From positions 1 through 64,000 of the IMG/VR virus record IMGVR_UViG_3300034117_001582: DNA of 64,000 nucleotides. One strand, written 5' to 3'. Made by a program: the position numbers and the translations under genes. The notes under the pieces were generated by a model. That model had not been told where the DNA came from, made no database searches, and saw nothing but the letters and a program-made list of their open reading frames with translations. Shown piece after piece: positions 39,049 to 49,046 of the stretch; positions within the stretch are counted from its first letter, which is position 1, and the number at the start of each line of letters is the position of its first letter.

Positions 39049-39399
39049 TTAGTATTTGTATCTATCATGGAATAGTTTATCAATTTCAGATGGTTTCATC
39101 TCCGTAATCTTCTCCCCTTGTTCTTTATAATATTCTTTTACAACTATTTTTTGGTTTTTAACTTTTGCAATTGTTGAATCAATCTGTGATAATTCATTTT
39201 TATATCCTTCAATTTGTTTGTCCAATTTTTTTTGATTTTCAATAATTAAATTGATGTCTTTGTCCAATTGTTCCAATTTATATTTATCCAATTCAGACAT
39301 TTCAGGTTTTGGTGTTGCCAAATAAACAATTAAGTATAACACACTAATAGTTAGTATTGCACCAACAACGTATTTCCAATATTTTTTAATAAGTTCCAT
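39049..39399 (-). CDS. N-terminal TM + coiled coil (i-spanin-like candidate)
   Basis: topology; near amidase homologue. Confidence 0.55.
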   Translation of the reverse strand: MELIKKYWKYVVGAILTISVLYLIVYLATPKPEMSELDKYKLEQLDKDINLIIENQKKLDKQIEGYKNELSQIDSTIAKVKNQKIVVKEYYKEQGEKITEMKPSEIDKLFHDRYKY

Positions 39400-39965
39400 T
39401 ATGCTTCAGTTTCTGTTTTAGTTGGTGTTTTCTTTCTTGTTGATATTACTTTAGCCCATTTAGATTTAAATTTTTCATAAAAAGATGTTAGTTTATCAAC
39501 TAATTCCGTTAATTTATCATCCAATTTAATCATATCCCCATTAATATATACACCATTGTTTTCACCAATAGAATAGAAAAACTCCAAATCAAAGTCGATT
39601 ACTTTACCACTCCATTGTACCTCATTTGGGTACATGTTTAATACACCAAAATCAGACAAGTCAGACACTTCAGAAACAAACTCATCCATAGTTTCTTGGA
39701 ACGCAGTTTTTTCTTCTGTTGTTAATTCTATATCTCTTTTTTCTTTACCATGTAAAGTCAAAAGCCCACCTGAAATACGATAAGTTTTACTTTTATCTTT
39801 TTTTACATTTTCAGTGTCAACATTTTTTTCTGCCTCCTCATATTCAACATCATTATCTTCAATGTTATTTTCAATACTTTTGGCTAAGTTGGTTGCTTCA
39901 GGTTGTTCCATTAAAACCCTTGCTCGCTTAAGGAGTGTTTTAAATTGGTCATTTTCATTAATCAT
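39399..39965 (-). CDS. hypothetical protein
   Basis: 188 aa ORF. Confidence 0.7.
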   Translation of the reverse strand: MINENDQFKTLLKRARVLMEQPEATNLAKSIENNIEDNDVEYEEAEKNVDTENVKKDKSKTYRISGGLLTLHGKEKRDIELTTEEKTAFQETMDEFVSEVSDLSDFGVLNMYPNEVQWSGKVIDFDLEFFYSIGENNGVYINGDMIKLDDKLTELVDKLTSFYEKFKSKWAKVISTRKKTPTKTETEA

Positions 39966-40554
39966 CTTTCAGTAGTTCTTTTAATAGTTTAAAATCAAAT
40001 GCTGGGTTTACGTCTTTATAATAAGAATCATAATTACTTCTTGTGACAATACCTTTGAAGTTCTCAACACCATCTTGTCTTACGTTATGTCCCAAACATT
40101 CTGTTGGGATTTTGAACTCATTACAAAGTTCTTTTATTAACGTAGTAAGACTTTCAATCTGTTTATCTTCATATTTGTCCCAAAAAAAATATCCTCTCCA
40201 TTTTTTTTCGTAAACCTTTTTTCTATAAATATCACCTATCCAGTTACTATACGAAGTATCTAGTGTATTTTTTTTTAACCAACCAAAATTCTCTAAACAA
40301 ATTATTATAGATTTTTTATCGTATTCATCATTTTCCATGTAATTTGAATACATTTTGGGGTCTATTATGTTATAAACTTCACCAGTTTTACTAATAACAT
40401 AATGTGGTAGATAGGGATTATTATTATTATATCTATATCTTAATGATTGGATATAGTTTTTACAATCTCTTTTAGTGTCAGAAAGAATTATCTGAGTTTT
40501 TTTATTATTTTTACCTACAGGTTTAAATTCTGTTAATTCGTAAAGATTTTCCAT
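39958..40554 (-). CDS. N-acetylmuramoyl-L-alanine amidase (Amidase_2)-like protein, possibly inactive
   Basis: PHYVISKTG, SIIICLENFG, YEDKQIESL, DVNPAFD. Confidence 0.7.
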   Translation of the reverse strand: MENLYELTEFKPVGKNNKKTQIILSDTKRDCKNYIQSLRYRYNNNNPYLPHYVISKTGEVYNIIDPKMYSNYMENDEYDKKSIIICLENFGWLKKNTLDTSYSNWIGDIYRKKVYEKKWRGYFFWDKYEDKQIESLTTLIKELCNEFKIPTECLGHNVRQDGVENFKGIVTRSNYDSYYKDVNPAFDFKLLKELLKDD

Positions 40555-41782
40555 TTGCGGATCGATTAAGATATGATAATTTTTTAGGTTGTCTTTCTTC
40601 AACAACTTGTTGTGTTTGTTCTACCTCTTTTTCTTCCGTTTCTATTTCTGTATTTTTTTCTTCTTTTATCTCGTAATACTCTCTTTCAAAAAATTCATGG
40701 TCTTCTCTATCATCTTTAACTTGTAAATCCAACAACTCTTCTAATTTTTTTAATTCATCTTCAGTTGGTGATATTGGTTCTTCATGTATTTTATCCCATA
40801 TTGGATAATTACCTTCTAACACTTTTTCTAACTTTTCTAAGTCTTCCTCTGTTGGTGTGTATTTTTCTTTTTGGATTTCTTCTAATTCTATTCTACCCGC
40901 TTCTTTACTTAACTCATCAATATCAACTTGGGGGGTATCATGTATGGTATCATGTATGGTATCTTGTACGGTATTATCTTCTTTTCTACGTTTTTTAAAT
41001 GCTTGATTAGTTGCAATAACTAATGTAATTGCAAGGGGGTCAAACACAAATATTAAAAGTAAAATGAAAAGGTTCGCAACTTTTTTAACATCCCAACCTG
41101 AAATCTCACTAATATATTTAATAGAACCTAATTCGCTTTCTTCAAGTTCTGCAGATTCCATATTGAGTATATCAATATCCAATTTAGTGATACTATCGTT
41201 CATAGCATCAATACGAGTGGACACCTTATCTCTATTTTCTGTGGTAAGTTTTAATTGGTCCTCAAATGATTTACGGTTAGCATTATTTGCCTTTGTAATA
41301 AGTTGTCCCGTTTTTCTATCAACAGTTTGGGTTGTAGTATTATTAGATAACCCATCACGTAATTTTGAGATGTCTTTATCTAATACCTCTTTTTCTTTTT
41401 GGAGTTCTACTTTAATTTCGTCAAAACGACCCTTTTTAACCTCAACGTTTTTGATTCTTTTGTTGTTGATTTCAAGTTTTGCAATATTACCCTGAAACCC
41501 CGTACTTAATAATCCATAGATACCAAGTGAGGTAATAAGTGATAAGGTAATAAGAGCAATTGTAAGGTATATTTTTAATACACCATAGGTCTCTTTCCAT
41601 TTATCGTGTAAGTACGTTGCAATTGCAATCTTTGATATCTCCAAAAAGCTACCCATAATAATAACAGGTAAAGCAACGCCAACAAATACCACAGATAATC
41701 CAACAACACTATAATAAGCGGCAGTACCCGATAACCCAAGAGCACAAAATAATAAAAACCAAGGTAAAAATTTTTCTTTCAT
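40523..41782 (-). CDS. multi-TM coiled-coil membrane protein
   Basis: 3 N-terminal TMs (AAYYSV.GL, LEISK), coiled coil, IFVFDPLA TM. Confidence 0.8.
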   Translation of the reverse strand: MKEKFLPWFLLFCALGLSGTAAYYSVVGLSVVFVGVALPVIIMGSFLEISKIAIATYLHDKWKETYGVLKIYLTIALITLSLITSLGIYGLLSTGFQGNIAKLEINNKRIKNVEVKKGRFDEIKVELQKEKEVLDKDISKLRDGLSNNTTTQTVDRKTGQLITKANNANRKSFEDQLKLTTENRDKVSTRIDAMNDSITKLDIDILNMESAELEESELGSIKYISEISGWDVKKVANLFILLLIFVFDPLAITLVIATNQAFKKRRKEDNTVQDTIHDTIHDTPQVDIDELSKEAGRIELEEIQKEKYTPTEEDLEKLEKVLEGNYPIWDKIHEEPISPTEDELKKLEELLDLQVKDDREDHEFFEREYYEIKEEKNTEIETEEKEVEQTQQVVEERQPKKLSYLNRSANGKSLRINRI

Positions 41783-41830
41783 ATTAATAAACTATAATAG
41801 ATAAATATAAAAGATAAAGAAAAAATAAAA

Positions 41831-41954
41831 CCCCCACCGGCGCCGATGAGGGAGTGTAGTTTCATCTTACCATATAGATAAGATTGGGGAGTTTCACCCT
41901 GGTGACTTCAGGCACCTTCTGCCGAGTTGTAAGGGTAATCTCGGTTCAACCCTT
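41831..41954 (-). ncRNA. candidate structured small RNA ending in a terminator, directly after the sigma gene
   Basis: GC-rich; hairpins CCGAG/CTCGG, CCTG/CAGG, ATCTTATC/GGTAAGAT; terminal CCCTCATCGG/CCGGTGGGGG + U tract. Confidence 0.6.
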
Positions 41955-41957
41955 TTT

Positions 41958-42773
41958 TTACATGTATTCAAATAAATCTGAACATTCGTTTCTTAATTTA
42001 CGAAGTGCTTTTTCTTTGATTTGACGAACACGTTCCTTAGTTAAAGAAAAGTCAGACCCAATATCTTCTAATGTACGTGGTGTTCCTGTGATACCGTAAT
42101 AATCCTCAACAATCGCACGTTCTCTGTCATCAAGAACAGACATAATACCCATCATCTTTTCTTTTAGTATGTCCTGTGTTGAAAATACTTCGTCAGGTGA
42201 GTCCACATTTTCATTTTTGATAATATCAATTAAAGTATCACCATCCTCATTGATGTGCATATCCAAGTCAATCATTCTTGGTAGGTTTGCAAACTTATCC
42301 GACAAATCTTTATTTGTTTTTTCGTTTTCACGTTTTTCTTTTTGCATATCCTGAACAACATTAACCGGAAGTCGGATAGTGCGTGAATTATCGTTTAGTG
42401 ATTGTAGAATTGATTGTTTAATCCACCATACCGCATATGAAATGAATCGGTTTTTCTTTGTCCAATCAAAGTTTTTAATCGCCTTCATTAATCCAAAGTT
42501 CCCTTCAGCAATTAAATCAGATAAATCAACACCTTGATTTTGATATTGTTTTGCCACTGTGATAACAAAACGTAAGTTACCCTCAAGCATTTCTTTTTGA
42601 ATTGCATCTTTTTCACGTTGTGAACAATCTTCCGAAGCGATTCTTTCGCCTAAGGCCCGTTCTCTCTCGGGTGTCATAACTTTTAATTTTCTAATGTCCT
42701 TTAAATAAAATTGGATTTCATCCTGATTTAAAGGGTTAGTTGATTTAATCTCTCCCATTTTGTCTTTTTCCAT
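41958..42773 (-). CDS. RNA polymerase sigma-70 family factor (RpoD/SigA-like, no region 1.1)
   Basis: NLRFVITVAKQY, DLIAEGNFGL, FISYAVWWIKQ, TLEDIG..TKERVRQI. Confidence 0.95.
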   Translation of the reverse strand: MEKDKMGEIKSTNPLNQDEIQFYLKDIRKLKVMTPERERALGERIASEDCSQREKDAIQKEMLEGNLRFVITVAKQYQNQGVDLSDLIAEGNFGLMKAIKNFDWTKKNRFISYAVWWIKQSILQSLNDNSRTIRLPVNVVQDMQKEKRENEKTNKDLSDKFANLPRMIDLDMHINEDGDTLIDIIKNENVDSPDEVFSTQDILKEKMMGIMSVLDDRERAIVEDYYGITGTPRTLEDIGSDFSLTKERVRQIKEKALRKLRNECSDLFEYM

Positions 42774-43341
42774 AGTTGTCTAAAATTTGTTTCTCTTCTG
42801 TTGTTAATGACTCAATTCCTTTCTCTGTTATTTTATCTAAAATTTCATCCGTTGTTGGTTTTAGTGCCGGTGGAACATTGAACCTAATTGGAAAATTAAA
42901 AATATCTTCCGACAAAGGTACCATAAAATCCATCATACCACTAATTTTATTTCTTTTTTCTTCACTTAATTTTTCTGTGTCTACTTCTTTGTTCTTATTT
43001 TCTACTTTTACTCCGTCAATATTTAAAAAATCTTTCTTCAATTTTCTATCCATTTTGATGTCTACGTTTTCAGTTGCTTCTATCAAAAAGTATTGTTCAA
43101 CTAAATCCTCTAAACACATATCAACATATTCTTTCAGGTCTTCAAATGTTTCTTTCGTTCTAAAGTGTAAAGTCATACCAAATTCACCATAATTGAATTT
43201 TAAAAATTTGGATGATATAACCGTAACTAACTGATACGAAATGTCTTCAATAAAGTTTTCTATTTCAGTGAAATCACCAAAAATAAATAACATATATCTT
43301 TTATCTTGTGATTCCATATTTTCTTTCTTTTTTCTTTTCAT
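42745..43341 (-). CDS. hypothetical protein (C-terminal DEILDKI..GIESLT motif)
   Basis: DUF6576-like tail. Confidence 0.7.
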   Translation of the reverse strand: MKRKKKENMESQDKRYMLFIFGDFTEIENFIEDISYQLVTVISSKFLKFNYGEFGMTLHFRTKETFEDLKEYVDMCLEDLVEQYFLIEATENVDIKMDRKLKKDFLNIDGVKVENKNKEVDTEKLSEEKRNKISGMMDFMVPLSEDIFNFPIRFNVPPALKPTTDEILDKITEKGIESLTTEEKQILDNYGKRQNGRD

Positions 43342-43378
43342 AAATATTTCTTTAATGTGTTTTACAATATATTATAAT

Positions 43379-43906
43379 TTAAATGCATATGTGCTCAATT
43401 GGGAATTCATTGAAGTAATATTTAAACCCCTCTTTATTTAAGTATTTTTTTACGGTGTCGTATTTTTCTTTTAGAAACCAATCACTAAGTAAGTAAAAAT
43501 AATCAATATCATACCCCAAATCTTCACATAATGTTGTCAAAAGAAAGCGTTTAAAATGAGCTGTCTCAATTTTTTCGTCAGCCGATCCAGGTCCCTTTTG
43601 AAATTTGTCATCTCCAAAATAAATTGTATTTGTTTGGTAATTTACAAAAACAATATCCGGTAATAATTGTTTTGAGATTCTATCTTTCCAATTAATACCC
43701 TTTGGTTTTAAAAATTTTTTATAAAACGAATGTTTTGGACAATATAACCCAATTAAAACTCCGTTTTTAAAAACTTCATTATTTTTGTTTACCACCACAC
43801 CATCAACATTTTCAAGTGCGGTTAATAAATTCATTTTTTCTTCAAATGCTAAACCATTTTTGTTTGTGTTTGCACCTCCTCCGTGTATATTTCTTTTTCT
43901 TCCCAT
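43379..43906 (-). CDS. PD-(D/E)xK nuclease, restriction-endonuclease-like
   Basis: GGANTNKNGLAFEE, LLPD, DDKFQ..GSADEK. Confidence 0.7.
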   Translation of the reverse strand: MGRKRNIHGGGANTNKNGLAFEEKMNLLTALENVDGVVVNKNNEVFKNGVLIGLYCPKHSFYKKFLKPKGINWKDRISKQLLPDIVFVNYQTNTIYFGDDKFQKGPGSADEKIETAHFKRFLLTTLCEDLGYDIDYFYLLSDWFLKEKYDTVKKYLNKEGFKYYFNEFPIEHICI

Positions 43907-43931
43907 AATGCTACAAAGATAATGAACATAA

Positions 43932-44741
43932 TTAACTTTCCAAAGAATCTAATGTAATTTTTATTCTTTCGTTACATATATCAACATATTCTTGTGAAAT
44001 TTCACTACCAATGTAGTCTCTATTCATTAAAATGCACATTTTAGCAACAGTACCTGACCCGATAAATGGGTCATAAATTAAATCACCTTTATTAGTCCAT
44101 GTATTAATATGGTCTCTAACCAACTCTTCAGGAAAAATTGCTGGATGTTTGTGAGCTATCTTATCTTTAGATGCAAATCCACCACCATTAACGTACCTCC
44201 AAATATTATTTCTTGGACTAAAATTAGGAACAGGTTTAATGTCACCAACCTCAACTAATTGTTCATTTTCACCAATACGTTTGGTGTTTTTACCCCAATT
44301 TGTATGACCAGCCCATTTATTTGGTTTATCACATATTAGGTTAGATGTTTTGGGTTTACCCTTTGAGAATACAAACATATACTCAAATATTTGAGTATAT
44401 CTATTACTTTTAGCGCTGGCAGGGTATGAACTTGAATTTTTTTCATAAATCATAGTATCATGTAATAAAAATCCTGCATCCATAAATTTTAACGCTTGTC
44501 TAAAACTTGTTCCTGATTCAGAACCTTTAATTACTTGGTCATTAACCACCCAAACTACCACACCACCTTTCTTAGTGGTTCGGTATAGTTCGGGAGCTAA
44601 CGTATCTATATCAAATGAAAATCCATTATATTTTCTAATGTCATCATAGGGTGGAGATGTTATCACCATATCATAGTAATCATCAGACATCTTAGACAAA
44701 GTCTCTAAGTTATCTTCTAAATAAATTTGATTTTTTTCCAT
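43932..44741 (-). CDS. DNA methyltransferase, N4-C/N6-A beta class
   Basis: TSPPY, HPAIFP, DPFIGSGT. Confidence 0.92.
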   Translation of the reverse strand: MEKNQIYLEDNLETLSKMSDDYYDMVITSPPYDDIRKYNGFSFDIDTLAPELYRTTKKGGVVVWVVNDQVIKGSESGTSFRQALKFMDAGFLLHDTMIYEKNSSSYPASAKSNRYTQIFEYMFVFSKGKPKTSNLICDKPNKWAGHTNWGKNTKRIGENEQLVEVGDIKPVPNFSPRNNIWRYVNGGGFASKDKIAHKHPAIFPEELVRDHINTWTNKGDLIYDPFIGSGTVAKMCILMNRDYIGSEISQEYVDICNERIKITLDSLES

Positions 44742-44776
44742 ATCTAAGTATAGGTGATAATCACTAACTAATCAAT

Positions 44777-45310
44777 TTATAAATATTCTTTGTTTTCTTC
44801 ATACCACATTTCTTTAATTTTTGTTACAGAAACTTTAACATTTGTTTTGTTACAAATTAATTCTGTTATACCAACGGACTCTAATTTTTTGTCCCAATAA
44901 AGACATGATTCAATAGTATCATAAGTAAACTTCCATTCGTGTTTGAATACTTTACTATTATTCAAAACTTTTTCAATTGGTAGTAAGACATTTAACGCCT
45001 TTAACGTTTTTTTAAAGTCCTCAACAGAATTCCATTTTTTGTGTAGTTTTTTCTTGTATATGTACAAAACAATGTTTGAAATACCAATTAAATGGTCCTC
45101 AGTTTCATTCTTCATATTTTCAATATGGTAAGGAAGTTGTATTTTAACATCCTTAACATTATTGTCAAAGATAATGGGATTTCTTAACATCGTAGCACAC
45201 GTCTCCAATATTTCAGTATCGTTTTCAAAATCTTCAGACAATGTATCCATAACGGACATTAGTCTTTTAACACATTGATATCTTTTTTCCCATTCTTGTT
45301 TAGTTCTCAT
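44777..45310 (-). CDS. hypothetical protein
   Basis: ORF; TEDHLIG resembles a degenerate HNH. Confidence 0.6.
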   Translation of the reverse strand: MRTKQEWEKRYQCVKRLMSVMDTLSEDFENDTEILETCATMLRNPIIFDNNVKDVKIQLPYHIENMKNETEDHLIGISNIVLYIYKKKLHKKWNSVEDFKKTLKALNVLLPIEKVLNNSKVFKHEWKFTYDTIESCLYWDKKLESVGITELICNKTNVKVSVTKIKEMWYEENKEYL

Positions 45311-45334
45311 ATTAACAAATATAAGAATAAAACA

Positions 45335-47683
45335 TCAATTGGTTACCAATTTACTTAAAACTTTTGAAATATTATTTTCTTTGGTAATCTTAACCGTAGA
45401 ATCCGCCCATTGCGAAACTAAGGTCGAGTGAGTTATAACGAAGATTTTTTCAAAATAGTCTTTAATCTTAACAAAAAATTCATAAACCATATCCAAGTTG
45501 TCATTACTAATTTTTCCAAACACCTCATCAAAAATAATCACGTTTGGTTTTGACAAACTACATATCTTACTTAGTACCGATCTCAACGCCAAAGACGCTA
45601 TTGTCTTCTCGTACCCCGAACCTGAAACCATTAACTTTTCAACACCCGAACTATTATCAACCATTATAAATTCAACCTCATTCTTATCGTTAATTCTGAT
45701 TTCCAATTTGAAATAACAAGAGTCCTCCATTAATCTTTGAAGTTCGGAGTTGATTAATGGCATCATCGTTTTCATAATGATTTTTGATACCCCATTCTTT
45801 CCGTAAGCCTCCAAATAGATTTTATAAATCTTTTCTTTTTCTTCCTCTTCTTTGATTTTAACAATCAATTTTTTATTATTTGAAATCTTCTCTTCTTTAG
45901 ATTTGATTTCATATTCATTGGTGGTTATAGCATTGTTTTTAGTTCTTTTCATACCATCCAATTCGTCTAATCTTAAATCAGCCTTAATTAACATTGAGTC
46001 AATTTGTTGGTTCTGTTTAATCTTATCTTGTATTTCTTCGTATCGTTTTAACTTATCTTTTAACACCCCCATCTTTAAATCACAAGATTCAATTGATAGT
46101 TCGTATTTTTCTTTAATGAGTTTGTTTTTTTCATACTCATCAAACTCTTTTTTAAGTTGTACAAATGCTTGTTCTTTGCCTGTTAAAACCTGCATTAACC
46201 TTTCTTTTTGGTCTTTATGCGTAATATAACCATCAAGTTCGGCAATCTTTGCATTTGTAATTGAAGCATTCATTAACTCAATTCCACAGTGTTCACATTT
46301 AATTCCGCCCTCAACAGAAGATTTTAACTTATTGATTGATGTAATTTCAGTATCGATTCTTACAACATCTTTATAAACAACATTATACTCTTCTTTAATT
46401 TTATCGTGTTCCTCTTCTTTGTAAAACTCCGAAGGTTCAACGACTTTTAGTTCATTCATTTTTGTTACAAATCCAGACTTATTATAGTCAATACCTTTAA
46501 TTTCTTCTTCAGTATTTTCGGGATTAAGTATCGAAATTTCTTGGTCAATGTCAGAGTGTTTTTTCTTCAATATGTCATCACGATATTCTTTTCCTTTTGA
46601 TATCTTTTCATCAATCTCAACAAGTTCTTTTTTAATGTCGTCAATCTGTGTGGTTAACTCACCAATTTTAGTATTTAAATCCTCGTTATCGGTTTTTAGT
46701 TGTTCAGATGAATATACATTAGACATCTTTGACTTTGAAAACTCAGAATACACTTCTTTTGCTGTTTCTTCTTTTGTTTTTAAAAACTCCAATCCCATAA
46801 ATCTTGAAAGTACCTGACCTCTAGCGGTTGGTTTTGCATCCAATAATTCTTCAAGGTTTGTTGCCGTTGTAAGAATGGTCATCAGGAAGTCTTCTTTGGT
46901 ACCAATAGACGTTTTAATGAACGCTTCGGTCTCTCTTCGTTGTTCTCCTTGAAAATTCTGTAAACTACCGTCAGATAGCTTCTTAAAGAAGTCTAACTCC
47001 GTTTTAACATTCCAATCGCCCTTTTTAGATGACTTACGTTCAATAGTTCTAATAATAATATAATCTTCACCATCAATTGTAACCTCACCCTTAACCGTAA
47101 CTTTATCCTTGTCGGTAAATCTGTTGAATATCTCTTCAGCCTTTGTTGTCTTTGTCGTTTCATTAAAAAATAAGAACATCAACAAATCGACAGACAATAC
47201 CGTTTTACCACCAAAGTTTGGTGGGTTTGACTCGATAACCACAATACCATTTAGACTATCAAAATCTAATCTTTGGTTTTCTCCATATGATAAGAAATTG
47301 GAAAATTCTATATTTCGAATATACCACTTTTTAAATTGTGTGGATTCTTCTTGTTTTTCGAGCATTTTATTTTCAACCATTCGATTGATTAATAAAATAT
47401 TTTCGTGATAGTTCCCATAACCTTTTGATTCTAAAAACTTTTTAAGAAGTTCCAACTGGTAGTTTGCGTCCGAAATGTTAACAGAAACATCAATACTTTG
47501 CATTGTGTCTTTCTCAACATTTTTAACTTTTGTTAAGACATTCACATTAGTGGTATTATACTTTTTTTGAAAGTAATGTTTAACACTTTTGAGTTTATCT
47601 TGTGTAAAGTTTTCCGGCAAATCTTCCCAAACAACTTGAATAGTTGGGTTTTCAAACTTAGAAAAATCCAATCCTTTAATCAT
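45335..47683 (-). CDS. sbcC: SbcC/Rad50/gp46-like SMC ATPase
   Basis: NFLSYG, Walker A NFGGKT, CEHC zinc hook, GSGYEK signature, IFDE, ITH. Confidence 0.92.
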   Translation of the reverse strand: MIKGLDFSKFENPTIQVVWEDLPENFTQDKLKSVKHYFQKKYNTTNVNVLTKVKNVEKDTMQSIDVSVNISDANYQLELLKKFLESKGYGNYHENILLINRMVENKMLEKQEESTQFKKWYIRNIEFSNFLSYGENQRLDFDSLNGIVVIESNPPNFGGKTVLSVDLLMFLFFNETTKTTKAEEIFNRFTDKDKVTVKGEVTIDGEDYIIIRTIERKSSKKGDWNVKTELDFFKKLSDGSLQNFQGEQRRETEAFIKTSIGTKEDFLMTILTTATNLEELLDAKPTARGQVLSRFMGLEFLKTKEETAKEVYSEFSKSKMSNVYSSEQLKTDNEDLNTKIGELTTQIDDIKKELVEIDEKISKGKEYRDDILKKKHSDIDQEISILNPENTEEEIKGIDYNKSGFVTKMNELKVVEPSEFYKEEEHDKIKEEYNVVYKDVVRIDTEITSINKLKSSVEGGIKCEHCGIELMNASITNAKIAELDGYITHKDQKERLMQVLTGKEQAFVQLKKEFDEYEKNKLIKEKYELSIESCDLKMGVLKDKLKRYEEIQDKIKQNQQIDSMLIKADLRLDELDGMKRTKNNAITTNEYEIKSKEEKISNNKKLIVKIKEEEEKEKIYKIYLEAYGKNGVSKIIMKTMMPLINSELQRLMEDSCYFKLEIRINDKNEVEFIMVDNSSGVEKLMVSGSGYEKTIASLALRSVLSKICSLSKPNVIIFDEVFGKISNDNLDMVYEFFVKIKDYFEKIFVITHSTLVSQWADSTVKITKENNISKVLSKLVTN

Positions 47684-47702
47684 AATTTTGTAATTAAATG
47701 GT

Positions 47703-47993
47703 TTACTCTCCTTGAACAGATTCGTTTGATTCTGTGGTATCTTCTGATACTTCATTTGATGCCGTTTCTTCAGTTTCTGACGTTAATTCACCTAACATTT
47801 TGCCCATACCTAACATTTCACTAATACCTGACATTTCAGACATACCAGACATGGATGCAAATTGTTCTTTCATTTTAGTCATTTGTTCTTCAAATGCCGC
47901 CTCCCATTCTTTTTTCATTTTTTTTTCAACGTGTTTACGTTCTTGGTTTCTTTTCAAAACTTTTGCTCTGTGAGCTTTTGCTGCTTTTCCCAT
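47703..47993 (-). CDS. hypothetical protein (basic N-terminus, Met/Ser/Gly tract)
   Basis: ORF. Confidence 0.65.
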   Translation of the reverse strand: MGKAAKAHRAKVLKRNQERKHVEKKMKKEWEAAFEEQMTKMKEQFASMSGMSEMSGISEMLGMGKMLGELTSETEETASNEVSEDTTESNESVQGE

Positions 47994-48009
47994 TTTATGT
48001 TATTAGTTA

Positions 48010-48369
48010 TTATTTATTACTCGGTCTATTTTCTTCAAACCATTCGATAATTGCGTTGATTGCCCATACAAATCCAGCACCCAACATACCATCAAAGAAT
48101 ACCGCTAAAATTTTGTTAAGTCCAATAATTTCTACGTTTGGTGAAAAATAAGCCAAAGATAAAAAGAACCCAACCCATGTTGATGTACATAACATACATT
48201 TAATTAAATCAGACACAAAAGAAAACACAGGAGTTAATATTTTCAATCCATTACCTGGTTGTGCGTTTTTATGTATCCAATTTCTCAATCCGTTAAAGAT
48301 TGAGCCATAAACTAAAATTGTCGTCATTCCATAGGCTACGACTGCCCAAATTAATAAATTCATAATCAT
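48010..48369 (-). CDS. DUF1360-like membrane protein
   Basis: SIFNGLR...LIKCMLCTSTWVG. Confidence 0.7.
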   Translation of the reverse strand: MIMNLLIWAVVAYGMTTILVYGSIFNGLRNWIHKNAQPGNGLKILTPVFSFVSDLIKCMLCTSTWVGFFLSLAYFSPNVEIIGLNKILAVFFDGMLGAGFVWAINAIIEWFEENRPSNK

Positions 48370-49046
48370 CTGTATAAATCATTGTTTAGGTTAGAACTAC
48401 CATGAAAACGAGCTCTTGTAAAGTCACTTTCTATTGGTTTTTCTAACATTTGTTTATTTAATTCTTCATTTTTCTTTTTCAAATCTCTAACCTGACCAGT
48501 TAGATTTTGAACGGTTTGTTGAAGCATTTTAACCTTATTATCGTCTGAATTAATGTCTAAATTACGTCTAAGTTCGTCTAACTCATTATCCTTTTTAGAC
48601 ATTTCATTTTGGAAAAAACTTTCCATTTCTGTCGTTTTAGTGGAAAATTCTTGTCTAATTTTGTCAATTTCAGTGGTCTTAATCGAAACTTCTTCGTTTA
48701 AGTGTTCTATTTTTGACAACAATTCAGTCTCACCATTTTTGTCACTAATGTATTCTATTTTTGTGACAATTTTTTCAACTTCCTTAATAACCTCAACAGG
48801 TACTTCCACTAGTATTTCTCGGATTACCTCAATTTCCACCCGTTTTTCTTCAATCCCACCCGTTTTTAAGTCTTTTTCACCTTCATTAAGTGTTTTTCCC
48901 AAAAGACCATACTTCTTTATGTTAAACCCTTCTTGAAAAATGTTTTTAATAAAACTATCAATATCATCAATATTATTAAGTTTACAAAAACTCTCGACAC
49001 CGCCGAGAGTTTCTTTATTAAAGATTTTTGAGTAATTCAGTTCCAT
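48366..49046 (-). CDS. coiled-coil protein with VEVIKE repeats
   Basis: ORF. Confidence 0.7.
   Translation of the reverse strand: MELNYSKIFNKETLGGVESFCKLNNIDDIDSFIKNIFQEGFNIKKYGLLGKTLNEGEKDLKTGGIEEKRVEIEVIREILVEVPVEVIKEVEKIVTKIEYISDKNGETELLSKIEHLNEEVSIKTTEIDKIRQEFSTKTTEMESFFQNEMSKKDNELDELRRNLDINSDDNKVKMLQQTVQNLTGQVRDLKKKNEELNKQMLEKPIESDFTRARFHGSSNLNNDLYR

Noticed and set aside
41855-41954. SAM-I riboswitch
   Set aside because: It has a CGGCA..AAGGTGCC-like segment, but the P1/P2 core is missing and the order is wrong.
33097-42773. Bacterial chromosome origin (dnaJ, sigma factor, GS)
   Set aside because: There is no housekeeping operon context; these genes are interspersed with phage lysis, structural and T4-like recombination genes.
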